Part shown: in pieces, positions 1-11,013 of the stretch | Layout: each line of letters begins with the position of its first letter | How positions within the stretch are numbered: position 1 is the first letter of the stretch | Source of the DNA: an uncultured Candidatus Nitrosopelagicus sp. | GTDB lineage: Archaea > Thermoproteota > Nitrososphaeria > Nitrososphaerales > Nitrosopumilaceae | Assembly (NCBI GenBank): GCA_964511265.1 | Contig: CAZEES010000003.1 | Location: forward strand, 836 to 64,835 | DNA: 64,000 nt | Direction of reading: 5' to 3' | Notes under the pieces: generated by a model | Seen by the model: only the letters and a program-made list of their open reading frames with translations | Told to the model about the DNA's origin: nothing | The model's database searches: none | Made by a program: the position numbers and the translations under genes

Positions 1-166
1 ATGGATAAGTTCTCAGTGGATTTTATATCTAAAAATTAGTTAAACTATTCATGAAAAGCGGTTCTAATAACAACCTACAAAATTTTTGCCGTCATAGCCA
101 ACCCTTACAAAAATTGTCATTTTGTATGTAGGATTTTTTGTTGTTAAGGACCGCTTTTTAGGAAAT

Positions 167-1798
167 TTATCCCATTGGAGGCATTCCAGGAGGCATTCCA
201 CCACCAGAACCACCAGAGATTGCAATTACATCATCAATTCTTAGAATCATCGATGCAGCTTCAGTTGCAGATTTGATAATTTGTTCTTTAACAACTACTG
301 GTTCAACAATGTTTTGTGACAACATGTCAGCAACTTTGCCTTCTCTAGCATTAATTCCTGTCCATTTTTTACCTTCACTTTGTTTTGCACGAAGTTTAAC
401 CATCGTGTCAATTGGATCCATTCCTGCATTTTCAGCAATTGTTAGTGGAATAATTTCTAAGGCTTCAGCAAATTTGTTAATAGCCAATTGTTGTCTTCCT
501 TCAAATCTTTCAGACCAATCTTTCAAAAATGCAGCTAGAACTGCTTCTGGTGCACCACCACCTGCAACAATCTCTGGTTTTTCAATTACATCTTTTACAA
601 CCATCAATGAATCATGTATGGAACGGTCAACTTCATCAACTACTCTTTGTGAACCACCACGAATTAGTAATGTTACAGATTGTGGGTTCTTACAACCCTC
701 AATGAAGACCCATTTATCAGATTCAACTTTCTTTTGCTGAACTAGATTAGCTGCTCCTAGATCCTTTTCAGAAATATCGTCAATATTTGATGTGATACGT
801 CCACCTGTTGCTTTTGCAAGTTTAGTCATATCACTTTCTTTTACGCGTCTAACTGCCAAGATTCCATGTTTTGACAAAAAGTGTTGTGCCATGTCATCAA
901 TTCCTTTTTGACAAATTACAACATTTGCGCCAATTGAGTGGATCTTATCTACCATAGTTTTGATCATTCTGTTTTCTTCTTCGAGGAACATTTGCATTTG
1001 TGTTGGATCATTAATTCTAATTTCAGCACTCATCTCGGTTTTTTCAATTTCCATTGCAGTGTTTAGTAAGGCAATTTTTGCTTGTTGAATTTTAGTTGGC
1101 ATTCCAGAATGAACTACTTCTTTATCCAAAACAATTCCTTTAATCAATGCAGTGTCTTGAATTGAACCACCAGCCTTTTTCTCAACTTTGATGTTCTCAA
1201 GATCTACAGAGGATTTGTTATCTTTTGTTTCAGTAATGTTCATAATTGAATCAACAACAATTTTTGAAAGTGAGTCGCTATCTTCAGAGATTAATTTTGA
1301 TTCCATACTTGTTTTTGCAATTTTCATTAAAGTTTCTCTATCGTTTGAAGTGACTTTTTTTGAAATTTCAGCTAAGATTTCTAATGCTTTTTCAGATGCG
1401 GCTTGAAAGCCTTCTATGATAACTGAAGAATGTACATCTTTTTTGAGTAATTCTTCTGCTTTAGCCAAAAGTGTACCAGCAAAGATAACAGAGGAAGTTG
1501 TTCCATCTCCAACTTCAGTGTCAATTGTTTTGGAAATTTCAACCATCATTTTAGCAGCTGGATGTTGTGCATCAATTTCTTTTAGAATTGTAGCACCATC
1601 ATTTGTAATTGTAACATCGCCTAGAGAATCAACAAGCATTTTGTCTAGTCCACGAGGGCCCAAACTTGACTTGACAATATCTGCAACCAATTTGGCAGCC
1701 ATGATATTATTTTTTTGTGCATCTTTTCCTTTCTCTTGTAAGGCACTTTCCTTTAGGACTAAAACAGGTCCGTTTGGTGTTTGTTGGATTGATGCCAT
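167..1798 (-). CDS. ths: Thermosome (group II chaperonin) subunit
   Basis: GDGTTS and ITNDGATIL motifs, [11 protein letters not shown] tail, 543 aa. Confidence 0.97.
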   Translation of the reverse strand: MASIQQTPNGPVLVLKESALQEKGKDAQKNNIMAAKLVADIVKSSLGPRGLDKMLVDSLGDVTITNDGATILKEIDAQHPAAKMMVEISKTIDTEVGDGTTSSVIFAGTLLAKAEELLKKDVHSSVIIEGFQAASEKALEILAEISKKVTSNDRETLMKIAKTSMESKLISEDSDSLSKIVVDSIMNITETKDNKSSVDLENIKVEKKAGGSIQDTALIKGIVLDKEVVHSGMPTKIQQAKIALLNTAMEIEKTEMSAEIRINDPTQMQMFLEEENRMIKTMVDKIHSIGANVVICQKGIDDMAQHFLSKHGILAVRRVKESDMTKLAKATGGRITSNIDDISEKDLGAANLVQQKKVESDKWVFIEGCKNPQSVTLLIRGGSQRVVDEVDRSIHDSLMVVKDVIEKPEIVAGGGAPEAVLAAFLKDWSERFEGRQQLAINKFAEALEIIPLTIAENAGMDPIDTMVKLRAKQSEGKKWTGINAREGKVADMLSQNIVEPVVVKEQIIKSATEAASMILRIDDVIAISGGSGGGMPPGMPPMG

Positions 1799-1823
1799 GG
1801 AAATTTTTTATTAAATCCCCTTT

Positions 1824-3596
1824 TTATACTGTCGTCTGGATCGTTGGGATGAATTTTCTAGATTTTACATCTACTATCCCATTATACAGTATTCGAATAT
1901 CAGGCAGAGCCAAGAAAGGTAAGAATAAAGGAATCAGATGTGGTTTTTTGAATTTACAGCCAGCATCCAATAAGACATCATTAATTTTTGTAAAATTCTT
2001 TGTTACTTTGTCAACTGCATCAGTAGAGATAATCCCAGCCATTTGAAAAGGTAGTGATGCCAGTGTTTTTCCATCTTTGATAACAATCATTCCACCTTGA
2101 GATTTAACGAGTTTGTTTGCTGCATCAATCATGTCTTTTTCATTTGAACCAATAACAATCATATCATTTTCATGGAAACTCCATGTGGATGCAAATGCAC
2201 CTATATCAGCACCAAAATTTTCCAAAAAGCCAACAGTGTGAGTGCCACTACCAAATGTTCTGTCCATTGCCGCTACTTTCCAAATATCTTTATCATGTGA
2301 TGAGAGAACGTTCGAGTCTTTTACACTCAAATTAGCTGTGGACTTTTTTGTTACAATCTCAGTGTTCATAGAGATGATATTTACAGTTTCAGTGTTGTTT
2401 TTTGAATGTACATGGAAATTTTTATTTGATAATTTTGGAAGTTTGACAGTTTTTGTAATCCAGTTTGGTACTTTAGGGGAATGAATTGTTTCTAGGATTT
2501 TTCCATTAGAAACAACAATTTTCCCACCAAGAATTACTTTGTTAATTTTTATTTTTTTATAGTCATCTAGAATCAAAATATCTGCAATTTTTCCAGGACC
2601 AATTCCTCCAAAATCATTTCCCATTTTATAATAATCAAAGCAATTTTTTGATGCCAAAGAAATTGCATCAATTGGATTCATTCCAAGTTTAATTGATTCT
2701 CTAACACAATGATCAATGTGACCAATGTTTGATATGTCAAACGGATCTAATCCATCTGAACAAAACATTAATCGATTTTTGTAGGTACCATGAGATAACA
2801 CCAGAGGGATGATTTCTTTCAAGTCTCTACGAATTGAACCTTCTCTAACCATTATCCACATTCCAAGACGTAGTCTTTCTAACACCTGATCAAAATTTAT
2901 TGGTTCATGGCAAGAGAATATACCGGAAGAGATGTAAGAGTTTAATTTTTTACCACTTGCCCCAGCTGTGTGACCATTAATTATACAGTGATTCTCATGC
3001 ATTTGCTTTAGTGACTTTATGGTTCTAGGATCTCTTTTGGTAACTTTTGTCCAAGAAAATACTTCTCCTAGTCCAACAACAGACTGGAAACCAATCGCTT
3101 GTTTCTCTTCTTCAATACTGAGAGTTTTTCCATGACTAAATTTTCGGTCAACAGGCAAACCACCGGGTATAGTATGAAAAAATCTCATTGGTAAATTTTG
3201 AGTTTGTCGTAGAAATTCCTTAAACCCACGATAGCCACATACACTAACAATATCAATAGAATCTGGAAAGAGTGAGGTCACCCCACAGAGTAGTGATTTT
3301 TTTACAAATTCTGCAGGCGTTAAAAAATGATCAATGTGAATGTGAGGATCAACAAAACTTGGACAAACATGCTTATTTTTTACATCAAGAATTTTGGTTT
3401 TTGGACCACGTGTATGAGATGCATCTTCGCCAACAAATGCAATTCTATCATTTTTAATTGATATCTGAGTTTTTTCTTGGATTTCATTTGTATAGACATT
3501 GATTAGAGAGCAGTTTTGTAAAATCAGATCTGCAAAATCATCTCCAATAGCTACTGAATTAATTTCAGATAATACTGAAGAGAATTTAGAATGCAC
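1824..3596 (-). CDS. ade: Adenine deaminase
   Basis: DPHIHID, HECPI-like SCHEP, FCSDG motifs and C-terminal adenine deaminase domain (HENDMIVIG); 590 aa. Confidence 0.9.
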   Translation of the reverse strand: MHSKFSSVLSEINSVAIGDDFADLILQNCSLINVYTNEIQEKTQISIKNDRIAFVGEDASHTRGPKTKILDVKNKHVCPSFVDPHIHIDHFLTPAEFVKKSLLCGVTSLFPDSIDIVSVCGYRGFKEFLRQTQNLPMRFFHTIPGGLPVDRKFSHGKTLSIEEEKQAIGFQSVVGLGEVFSWTKVTKRDPRTIKSLKQMHENHCIINGHTAGASGKKLNSYISSGIFSCHEPINFDQVLERLRLGMWIMVREGSIRRDLKEIIPLVLSHGTYKNRLMFCSDGLDPFDISNIGHIDHCVRESIKLGMNPIDAISLASKNCFDYYKMGNDFGGIGPGKIADILILDDYKKIKINKVILGGKIVVSNGKILETIHSPKVPNWITKTVKLPKLSNKNFHVHSKNNTETVNIISMNTEIVTKKSTANLSVKDSNVLSSHDKDIWKVAAMDRTFGSGTHTVGFLENFGADIGAFASTWSFHENDMIVIGSNEKDMIDAANKLVKSQGGMIVIKDGKTLASLPFQMAGIISTDAVDKVTKNFTKINDVLLDAGCKFKKPHLIPLFLPFLALPDIRILYNGIVDVKSRKFIPTIQTTV

Positions 3597-3668
3597 ACCT
3601 CAAGATAGCCTCAGATATTATTATACATTGAAGCGATGTTTAAATTACGGTCAGCGAGGCACAATACT

Positions 3669-3950
3669 ATGAATTTACCAAAAGAGACTAGATCATATTG
3701 CCCAAAATGCAAGAGTCATCAAACAATGAAAGTCTCAATTTACAAAGCTGGAAAAAGAAGAGGTTCAGCAGCAGGGGAGAGAAGACATGCCCTAAGGAAA
3801 AAAGGATATGGAGGACAAAAATTCCCAAAACTCGCAAAACCTGCTAAAACTACTAAAAAAGTTACATTAATTGAAACATGCACTACCTGTAAAAAGAAAA
3901 TGATGAATAAAGGAATCAGAATAAGAAAGTTTGAGTTGATAGCAGTATGA
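3669..3950 (+). CDS. rpl44e: 50S ribosomal protein L44e
   Basis: YCPKCKSH...KGYGGQKFP...CTTC; start placed at the ATG of MNLPK. Confidence 0.96.
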   Translation: MNLPKETRSYCPKCKSHQTMKVSIYKAGKRRGSAAGERRHALRKKGYGGQKFPKLAKPAKTTKKVTLIETCTTCKKKMMNKGIRIRKFELIAV

Positions 3951-4144
3951 AAAAAGATCATGTTTTGGTTCCTGAGCCAAATAGCAAATTTAACAAAGTA
4001 AAATGTCACGAATGTGAAGAAGAACAGATAGTGTATTCTCACAGTTCTACGCAAGTAATTTGTAATTCCTGTGGAAACGTTTTATCAAAAGCTACAGGTT
4101 CAATTGCTCAGATAAATGGCAAAATTTTAGAAACTACCGAGTAA
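3947..4144 (+). CDS. rps27e: 30S ribosomal protein S27e
   Basis: PEPNSKFNKVKCHEC...CNSCGNVL Zn ribbon; coupled to rpl44e. Confidence 0.95.
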   Translation: MKKDHVLVPEPNSKFNKVKCHECEEEQIVYSHSSTQVICNSCGNVLSKATGSIAQINGKILETTE

Positions 4145-4711
4145 TTCAAAATCAGTTTTTGTGTTTACATTCAAGCATACACGCTTGTCATTGATAATTA
4201 GATAATCTTCTTTTACAGATTCTAAATTTTTAATTTCACTTGCATTAACAACAGATATGCCTGTGTGAACATAGGATTCGTCATTAAATGAAACAATACA
4301 TTCAGGAGTTAGACCCAGAGATGATTGAAAAGAATTTGTAGTAACAACACTAGTCCATATTTTATCAGAATTTACGGCATCTACTATTTGTCGCACTGTA
4401 CTTTCATCTAAAAGAGGCAAATCACCAGAAGTGACAAACACATAATCATCCAATCCTTTTAGAATTTGATTTAGATCTGTAACAAAATTTTCTCCTAGAG
4501 TTTCAAATACAGTTACGTTGTTTTCAGCTATAATTTTTTGAGTTTGGGGAGAATTAGGACTGGTTGCAGCAATAATTTTTTCAAAACAATTTGAGTCTTT
4601 TAATGCATCAATAACATGCAGGATAAGTGGCTTTTTGTATTCAAGTAATAGCTTTTCTTCATTACTTTGCATTCTGGTTCCTTTTCCACCAGCCATGATT
4701 AGACCAATCAT
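4127..4711 (-). CDS. cobY: Adenosylcobinamide-phosphate guanylyltransferase (NTP transferase)
   Basis: IMAGGKGTRM N-terminus, NVNT C-terminal motif, position after cobS. Confidence 0.88.
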   Translation of the reverse strand: MIGLIMAGGKGTRMQSNEEKLLLEYKKPLILHVIDALKDSNCFEKIIAATSPNSPQTQKIIAENNVTVFETLGENFVTDLNQILKGLDDYVFVTSGDLPLLDESTVRQIVDAVNSDKIWTSVVTTNSFQSSLGLTPECIVSFNDESYVHTGISVVNASEIKNLESVKEDYLIINDKRVCLNVNTKTDFELLGSF

Positions 4712-5433
4712 AGTGAAACAAAGATTAGTAGTGATGAGAGTCTGGTTATTTCATTACTTGCACCCATTACATCACCGGTAATTCCGCCAAAACTCCTAGT
4801 AGATAATCCAACCAAAAACATTGTGACAACAATTCCAGTTGCAAAAACTATGAATCCACTCATTTCACCGATAATAATGAATGGAATAATTGTAATTATT
4901 CCAGCCACCAATAGACGTTTCTTGTCTTTCATAGAGTCCATGAAAGGAGAGTTTGAACCTATGGAGGCAGAATTTCCTAATCCAGCCATCAAAACCATTG
5001 AAAATTTCGCCATAATTTCACTAAGCAATATTATCTTGAATAATTCCATTCCACTGCTAAGCGATAATGCAATGATTACACCAATTGCATACATTACTAT
5101 TGAAAATATTCCAGCAGAGCCTACGGATAGATCCTTCATGGCTTTGCGCTTTTTTTCTTTTGAACCTTTAGTCATTAGACCATCGGCAAAGTCAGCAAGA
5201 CCATCAGTATGATGTATTCCAGTGATTACTGCTAAAGATGCAACAACAACCAAGGAAACAACTAATGGTTCTAAATATAGAGATAGACCATAACCTAGAG
5301 AACCGATAATAAGTCCAATTACAATTCCGACAATTGGAAAGAGGTACATGTGTTTAGCAATAGAGTCAAGATCGGAATTAGATGTTGGAATAATTGTCAG
5401 GAATGAAAAAACAGACCCAATTTGTTTAAGCAA
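4708..5433 (-). CDS. cobS: Cobalamin synthase
   Basis: FSFLTIIP, GIHHTDGLADFADG, GGITGDVMGA motifs. Confidence 0.95.
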   Translation of the reverse strand: MLKQIGSVFSFLTIIPTSNSDLDSIAKHMYLFPIVGIVIGLIIGSLGYGLSLYLEPLVVSLVVVASLAVITGIHHTDGLADFADGLMTKGSKEKKRKAMKDLSVGSAGIFSIVMYAIGVIIALSLSSGMELFKIILLSEIMAKFSMVLMAGLGNSASIGSNSPFMDSMKDKKRLLVAGIITIIPFIIIGEMSGFIVFATGIVVTMFLVGLSTRSFGGITGDVMGASNEITRLSSLLIFVSL

Positions 5434-6400
5434 TCAAAATCGACTCCATTAATGAAATAAACAAGATTATAGGAATAGATACGATTCCAAAGAAAAGTAG
5501 TGATGTAACTTTCATCAAAGTAATTGCATCTGTTACTTTTTTTGAGGTAATCTCTTGATTACCAGTTCCTAATGAATAATGTTCAATTTTTTCAAACGTT
5601 GTACCTAATGCACCAGCTAAAGCAGCCATCGGATAGCCTGCATTTGGACTATCTGTTTTTTTACCATCACGTTTGAAGATTTCATAACAATTTCTCCAAT
5701 CATGACCTAATAGCATTGCACCTAGTACCATGGTTAATCCAGTCAATCGTGAAGGAATGTAATTTAGGATGTTGTCACAATTTGCCCCAAACCAACCCAG
5801 ATTTTTGAACATTTCAGTTTTGTAGCCAATCATCGAATCAATTGTATTGATTACACGGTAAACAAATGCGCCTGGGAGACCAAATAATGCAAAATAAAAC
5901 AGCGGGCCTGTAACACCATCAACTGTATTTTCGCTGATACTTTCTAGAACTCCAGATAAAATATGATTTTTATCTAAATTTTTTGTTTTACGTTTTGTAA
6001 TCATAGCCAGATTTGTTCTTGCTTTATCAATGTCGTTATTTTCTAGTGCATTAGAAACTGCTAATGCATGCTTTTCCATACCTCTAATTGCAATTGTAGT
6101 CTTTAACAAAATGGCACTAACTAGAATTATCACTATTATGCTAACAAACTCATTTACAATTATTGAATCAAGTTTTAGATTTAGTATTAGCAATAATGTA
6201 GCAACAACAGTAGCGGAGATTAATACGATAAGTATGCCACCAAATTTCTCCAAGTGTGTATTTTCATTTTTAAATAATGGTACTAAATTGCTGACAAATT
6301 TACCAATCCATGCAGTTGGATGGTATTTATTTCTTGGATCACCAAAAACAAGATCTAGGAATATAGCGAGCCCAATTACAACAATTGATTCCAAGATCAT
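5426..6400 (-). CDS. cbiB: Adenosylcobinamide-phosphate synthase
   Basis: GDP...HP, ESISENTVDG, YRVINTIDSMIGY, SPNAGYP motifs. Confidence 0.95.
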   Translation of the reverse strand: MILESIVVIGLAIFLDLVFGDPRNKYHPTAWIGKFVSNLVPLFKNENTHLEKFGGILIVLISATVVATLLLILNLKLDSIIVNEFVSIIVIILVSAILLKTTIAIRGMEKHALAVSNALENNDIDKARTNLAMITKRKTKNLDKNHILSGVLESISENTVDGVTGPLFYFALFGLPGAFVYRVINTIDSMIGYKTEMFKNLGWFGANCDNILNYIPSRLTGLTMVLGAMLLGHDWRNCYEIFKRDGKKTDSPNAGYPMAALAGALGTTFEKIEHYSLGTGNQEITSKKVTDAITLMKVTSLLFFGIVSIPIILFISLMESILIA

Positions 6401-7239
6401 TTCAAAAGTTTCTCCACTTTTCGAATATTAAGACTTGACTTAACAACTTTGGCAATTTTGTTTATTTCAATGTCTAATTTTTTTAAATTTGAAGTATTCC
6501 AATTCAGATTTTTCGGTGAATTTCCAATAGAATCCTCATCAGGTATTTTAAATTCAGTCATTGGAATTGTCCCAAATACCGGTATGCCTGTTTTTTGTTT
6601 TAATTTTCTGTAACCTGGCTTTAGAATTTCAATATCTCCTCGAAATTTGTTTATAATGAATCCTTTAACAAGTTCAACATATTTTTTTTCAATTAATTCC
6701 ATGGTTCCTACAATACTTGCAAATGCACCACCTCTTTCAATATCAGTGATTAGTAAAACAGGGGATTTTGTTTTTTTAGCAATTTTCATGTTTGTAATAT
6801 CAAATTTCTGTAGATTAATTTCAGCTGGGGATCCAGCACCTTCAAGAAATATAATTTCATGCGATTGTGCAATTTTGTTGAAAGAATCAACAGCTGTATT
6901 AAAACCACTTTTTAGAACAAAGTTTTCATAGTAATTACTTGCATGCATTTTTTTGAAAAATTTTCCATTTACAAATACAGAACTACGATAATTTCCTAAT
7001 GGTTTTAGTAAAATTGGATTCTGAAGTGGGGTTATGCTGGTTCGGGCAGCTACCGCTTGTATAGCCTGTGCTCTAGAGATTTCAAAGTTTTTTCCAACAT
7101 ATGAAAAATTTGACATGTTTTGTGCTTTGAATGGAGAAACCGTGTAACCCAGATCAGAGAAAATTCTACAAAGTGCTGTAACAAGTATTGTTTTTCCAGC
7201 TCCGGAAGAAGTTCCTTGTATCATTAATGATTTGACCAT
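6397..7239 (-). CDS. cbiP: Cobyric acid synthase, synthetase domain only
   Basis: IQGTSSGAGKT, PFKAQNMS, EGAGSPAEINL, DIERGG motifs; only 280 aa. Confidence 0.88.
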   Translation of the reverse strand: MVKSLMIQGTSSGAGKTILVTALCRIFSDLGYTVSPFKAQNMSNFSYVGKNFEISRAQAIQAVAARTSITPLQNPILLKPLGNYRSSVFVNGKFFKKMHASNYYENFVLKSGFNTAVDSFNKIAQSHEIIFLEGAGSPAEINLQKFDITNMKIAKKTKSPVLLITDIERGGAFASIVGTMELIEKKYVELVKGFIINKFRGDIEILKPGYRKLKQKTGIPVFGTIPMTEFKIPDEDSIGNSPKNLNWNTSNLKKLDIEINKIAKVVKSSLNIRKVEKLLK

Positions 7240-8318
7240 TTTATTTCTCCAAGTGCTTTGACTAGTATTTTATTTTCTTTTCTATTTTTTATAGCTATTC
7301 GAATATAATTTTCATCAAGACCACAAAAAGTGCTGCAATCTCTAACAAGAATATTTTTTTTAAGTAATTTTTTTTGTAGGATTTTTGAATTAATTTTTGT
7401 CTTAATGAGAATAAAGTTTGTAGAGGAGTTGAAACAAGACATCCATTCTAATTTTGATAGAGAGTTCATTAAAAATGAATTTTCTTTTTTTATATTTTCT
7501 CTAGATTTCTCTAGAAAATCTGAATAACATAATGCTGCACTTGCCGCAGTTTGTGCAACGTAATTTACATTCCAAGGAATTTTAATTCTTTGAAGAATCT
7601 CAATAATTTTTTTACTTCCAAGACCATAACCAATACGTAATCCAGCTAATCCAAATGATTTTGTAAAGGAACGTAGAATGAATAAGTTCTCATGAGATTT
7701 GATGGTTTTAACAAGTGATGGGTAAGAATCCGGCACAAGTTCAATGAATGTTTCATCAACAAATACCAATGTAGATTTTTTTTCAGCAGTTTTTATAATT
7801 TGTTCCATATCCTTTTTTGAGAGGATTTCACCTGTAGGATTATTTGGATTGCAAAAAAAGACAATACCTTTTGTCGGTATTTTTGCTAGAAATTTTTCAA
7901 GATCTTTATTAAAATTCAAAGATTTGAAATGGATTATTTTGCCGCCAAAAAATTTCACTGCGTTTTCATATTCAGAAAAGGTTGGACATGGAATCAGAAC
8001 TTTGGATTTTTTATTTACAAATGTACTACAGAAATTATAGATTATTTCAGTAGCGCCATTACCAACCAAAATTTGTGATTTATTGATTCCTGTAAACCAT
8101 TTTAAATTTGAGCGCAATTTTGTCGATTCAGAATCTGGGTAAACATTGATTTGATTTAGTTGTTTTTTTAGATATTTTTTTACACCTGGATGACATCCTA
8201 GAGGATTAACATTTGAGCTAAAATCAATTATTTTCTCATTTGGATTCTTAATTGAAAATATACCTCCATGATAAGCTGGAATGTGTGAAATTGCGTTGAT
8301 ATTTGGGGTTATTTTCAT
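7224..8318 (-). CDS. cobD: L-threonine-O-3-phosphate decarboxylase (PLP class I/II)
   Basis: YHGG, DFSSNVNP, CNPNNPTG, RSFTKSFGLAGLRIGY; first gene of the cob operon. Confidence 0.85.
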   Translation of the reverse strand: MKITPNINAISHIPAYHGGIFSIKNPNEKIIDFSSNVNPLGCHPGVKKYLKKQLNQINVYPDSESTKLRSNLKWFTGINKSQILVGNGATEIIYNFCSTFVNKKSKVLIPCPTFSEYENAVKFFGGKIIHFKSLNFNKDLEKFLAKIPTKGIVFFCNPNNPTGEILSKKDMEQIIKTAEKKSTLVFVDETFIELVPDSYPSLVKTIKSHENLFILRSFTKSFGLAGLRIGYGLGSKKIIEILQRIKIPWNVNYVAQTAASAALCYSDFLEKSRENIKKENSFLMNSLSKLEWMSCFNSSTNFILIKTKINSKILQKKLLKKNILVRDCSTFCGLDENYIRIAIKNRKENKILVKALGEIKWSNH

Positions 8319-8402
8319 AGTTTGAAATAAACTAATTCAGTATAGTATTCTTTTGGTTATTTTTCTAAAGGAATATTAACAGAAAATTACCAAATTGGAT
8401 CT

Positions 8403-9476
8403 ATGAAAAAAAGAGTTGCAATAGTAGGAGTTACAGGTTCTGTGGGTCAAGAATTTGTACAATCGTTAGATAATCACCCATGGTTTGAAGTAACTCAGAT
8501 TGCAGCATCTGAACGTTCAGCTGGAAAAATGTATCTGGATGCAATTAGAGATTCTAGTGGAATTATTGCATGGGATGTGGGTGGAGAAATTCCAGAATAT
8601 ATCAAAAATATGAAAGTTTTGAAAATAGACGAAGTCAATGTTCAAGAATTAGATTTAATCTTCTCAGCAGTGGAATCAGAAGCTGCTAGAGATATAGAAA
8701 CTAAATTTGCAAAGGATTTACCAGTAATTTCAACATCATCAGCCTATAGATATGAAGAAGATGTGCCAATTCTAATTCCGGGAATAAATGATGAACAAGC
8801 CGAATTGTTAGAGATTCAAAAAAAGAATCGAGATTGGAAAGGATGGGTTGCACCACTTCCAAACTGTACCACTACCGGTTTAGTAATTACACTAAAGCCA
8901 TTACTAGAAGAATACGGTGCAAAAAAAGTAATGATGACTTCAATGCAAGCAATTTCAGGTGGAGGAAAAACTGGAGTGTCAGCAATGGGAATTACAGATA
9001 ATATTTTGCCATATATACCAAAAGAAGAGAAAAAAGTTAGAATTGAAACTAGAAAAATTCTTGGTAAACTAAAAGATGGAAAGATTGAAGATGCAGACAT
9101 CAAAGTGAGTTGCACCTGTACAAGAGTTCCAGTAATTGATGGACATACAGAATCGGTATTTGTCGAGACAGAAAAAGAGATTGACCCTAGCGTAGCAAAA
9201 GATACGTACAATGAGTATAACAAAGAAATTTCAGTTGCAGGATTACCTTCTGCACCTGAAAAATATTATGCATTTCATGAAGATCCAACAAGACCACAGC
9301 CTAGAATGGAAAGAGAAGTTGGAGATGGCATGACTACTTCAATCGGTAGAGTTGAAAAAGAAGAATTGTTTGAAAATGGATTAAAGTATATGTTATTTTC
9401 ACATAATAAAAAAATGGGCTCTGCAAAAGGAGCAGTTCTTTTGGCAGAAATGCTTTACAAGAAAGAGAAGATTTAG
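8403..9476 (+). CDS. asd: Aspartate-semialdehyde dehydrogenase
   Basis: GVTGSVGQ, PNCTT catalytic Cys, QAISGGG, RVPVIDGH. Confidence 0.95.
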   Translation: MKKRVAIVGVTGSVGQEFVQSLDNHPWFEVTQIAASERSAGKMYLDAIRDSSGIIAWDVGGEIPEYIKNMKVLKIDEVNVQELDLIFSAVESEAARDIETKFAKDLPVISTSSAYRYEEDVPILIPGINDEQAELLEIQKKNRDWKGWVAPLPNCTTTGLVITLKPLLEEYGAKKVMMTSMQAISGGGKTGVSAMGITDNILPYIPKEEKKVRIETRKILGKLKDGKIEDADIKVSCTCTRVPVIDGHTESVFVETEKEIDPSVAKDTYNEYNKEISVAGLPSAPEKYYAFHEDPTRPQPRMEREVGDGMTTSIGRVEKEELFENGLKYMLFSHNKKMGSAKGAVLLAEMLYKKEKI

Positions 9477-9547
9477 TCTAAAATTTTAGAAATCTTCCAA
9501 TAATATCTTTATTAAAGGTAGTAATTTCTAAAATGCCGGTGAATTAA

Positions 9548-10003
9548 ATGGCGAAGATAGACGATCTTGATTTAAAAATTCTTTCAGAATTGAGTAATGA
9601 TGCATCAGTATCAGTTCCAAAATTATCAGATAAAATTAACATCAATTCGTCTGTTGTTTATAGCAGAATTAAACGTCTTTTAAAACAAAAATTAATTCAG
9701 AGATATACAATAGATGTTAATGATAAAGAATTAGGATATGTAGTAAAATCTGTTACAGGAATTAACATGGATTCCAAAAGACGAGATACGATAATTGAGG
9801 AGTTATTCAAAATTGAAGGTGTTAGAGAGATTTCAGAAGTTACGGGAAGATTTGACATCATGGTTACAATGTATGCAAGATCATTAAATGATATGCACAA
9901 GGTAGTTTCGGAGAATATTGGTAAAATTGAAGGGATCTTAGGTTCTGAGAGCTTCATAGAGATGAAAAGAAGGACGAAACCAATGCCTTACATGCCAGAG
10001 TAA
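9548..10003 (+). CDS. Lrp/AsnC family transcriptional regulator
   Basis: DDLDLKILSEL HTH start; VTGRFDI RAM domain. Confidence 0.92.
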   Translation: MAKIDDLDLKILSELSNDASVSVPKLSDKININSSVVYSRIKRLLKQKLIQRYTIDVNDKELGYVVKSVTGINMDSKRRDTIIEELFKIEGVREISEVTGRFDIMVTMYARSLNDMHKVVSENIGKIEGILGSESFIEMKRRTKPMPYMPE

Positions 10004-10040
10004 ACGCGTGATATTTATTTTTCCGAGGAAAAGAGACTAC

Positions 10041-10970
10041 ATGCAAGAAACAACTACAAAAATCAAAGTAAAAACATACTATGAATTAACAAAACCAAAA
10101 ATTTGGTACCTCTTAGTTTTTACAGCATTTGGAACTGCAATAACTGCATCAAATATCTATAACATTGAGATTTCAATTGCGACCTGGGCCTTGATGCTTT
10201 TTGGAGTTGCTGCAGGTTCTGCAGCAGCTAATACTTTGACGAATTATCATGATAGAGATATTGATGAGGTTATGGAAAGAACAAAAGGCAGACCAATTCC
10301 AAGTAAGAGAATTTTTCCTGCTGAAAAAGCAAGAGACTTTGGATTAGTTTTAGCAGGGATTTCAATTGCATGTGCATTTGGAATTGCATTCACTACATCA
10401 TTTTGGAATGGGATGTGGTGCGGTATTTTTATGGTGTTTGGTTTGGCAGATAACATTTTGATTTATAGTCATGCATTGAAAAGAAAGAGCCAACTTAACA
10501 TCATACTTGGAGGATTTTCGGGTGGTGCACCAGCAATGATTGGATATGCCGCAGTTACACTAACTGGATTGTGGGACTTTGGGTTAATCATGGCAGGATT
10601 AGTATTCATTTGGATTCCAATGCACATTTGGGCATTGACATTACACTTTAGAGATGATTATCAAAAAGTAAATGTTCCAATGTTAACTGCAGTATTATCT
10701 GAAAAAACATCAGCTAGGGTAATTGCTGCAACTACAGTTATGATGGTAGTATTTAGCATAGTGCCATTCTTTTTGACAACGGATACAGGTGAGCCAGTTA
10801 TGAGTGAAGTTTACCTCTATACTGCGATAGCATCAGGTGTGTTGATGGTAGTACTTAGTGCATGGGTCGTATCAAAACCAACTGAAAAGGCGTCATGGGT
10901 TTTATTCAAATTTTCAAGTCCATATCTTGCAGTGTTGTTTATTGCATTAATGGTAGACTCTGCGCTTTAA
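10041..10970 (+). CDS. cyoE: Protoheme IX farnesyltransferase (heme o synthase)
   Basis: LTKPKI, NYHDRDIDEVMERTKGRPIP, WIPMHIWAL, DDY..VNVPML. Confidence 0.92.
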   Translation: MQETTTKIKVKTYYELTKPKIWYLLVFTAFGTAITASNIYNIEISIATWALMLFGVAAGSAAANTLTNYHDRDIDEVMERTKGRPIPSKRIFPAEKARDFGLVLAGISIACAFGIAFTTSFWNGMWCGIFMVFGLADNILIYSHALKRKSQLNIILGGFSGGAPAMIGYAAVTLTGLWDFGLIMAGLVFIWIPMHIWALTLHFRDDYQKVNVPMLTAVLSEKTSARVIAATTVMMVVFSIVPFFLTTDTGEPVMSEVYLYTAIASGVLMVVLSAWVVSKPTEKASWVLFKFSSPYLAVLFIALMVDSAL

Positions 10971-11013
10971 CAGAAATAGAATCATTTTATTACTCGATTT
11001 TATTTGGAAACAT

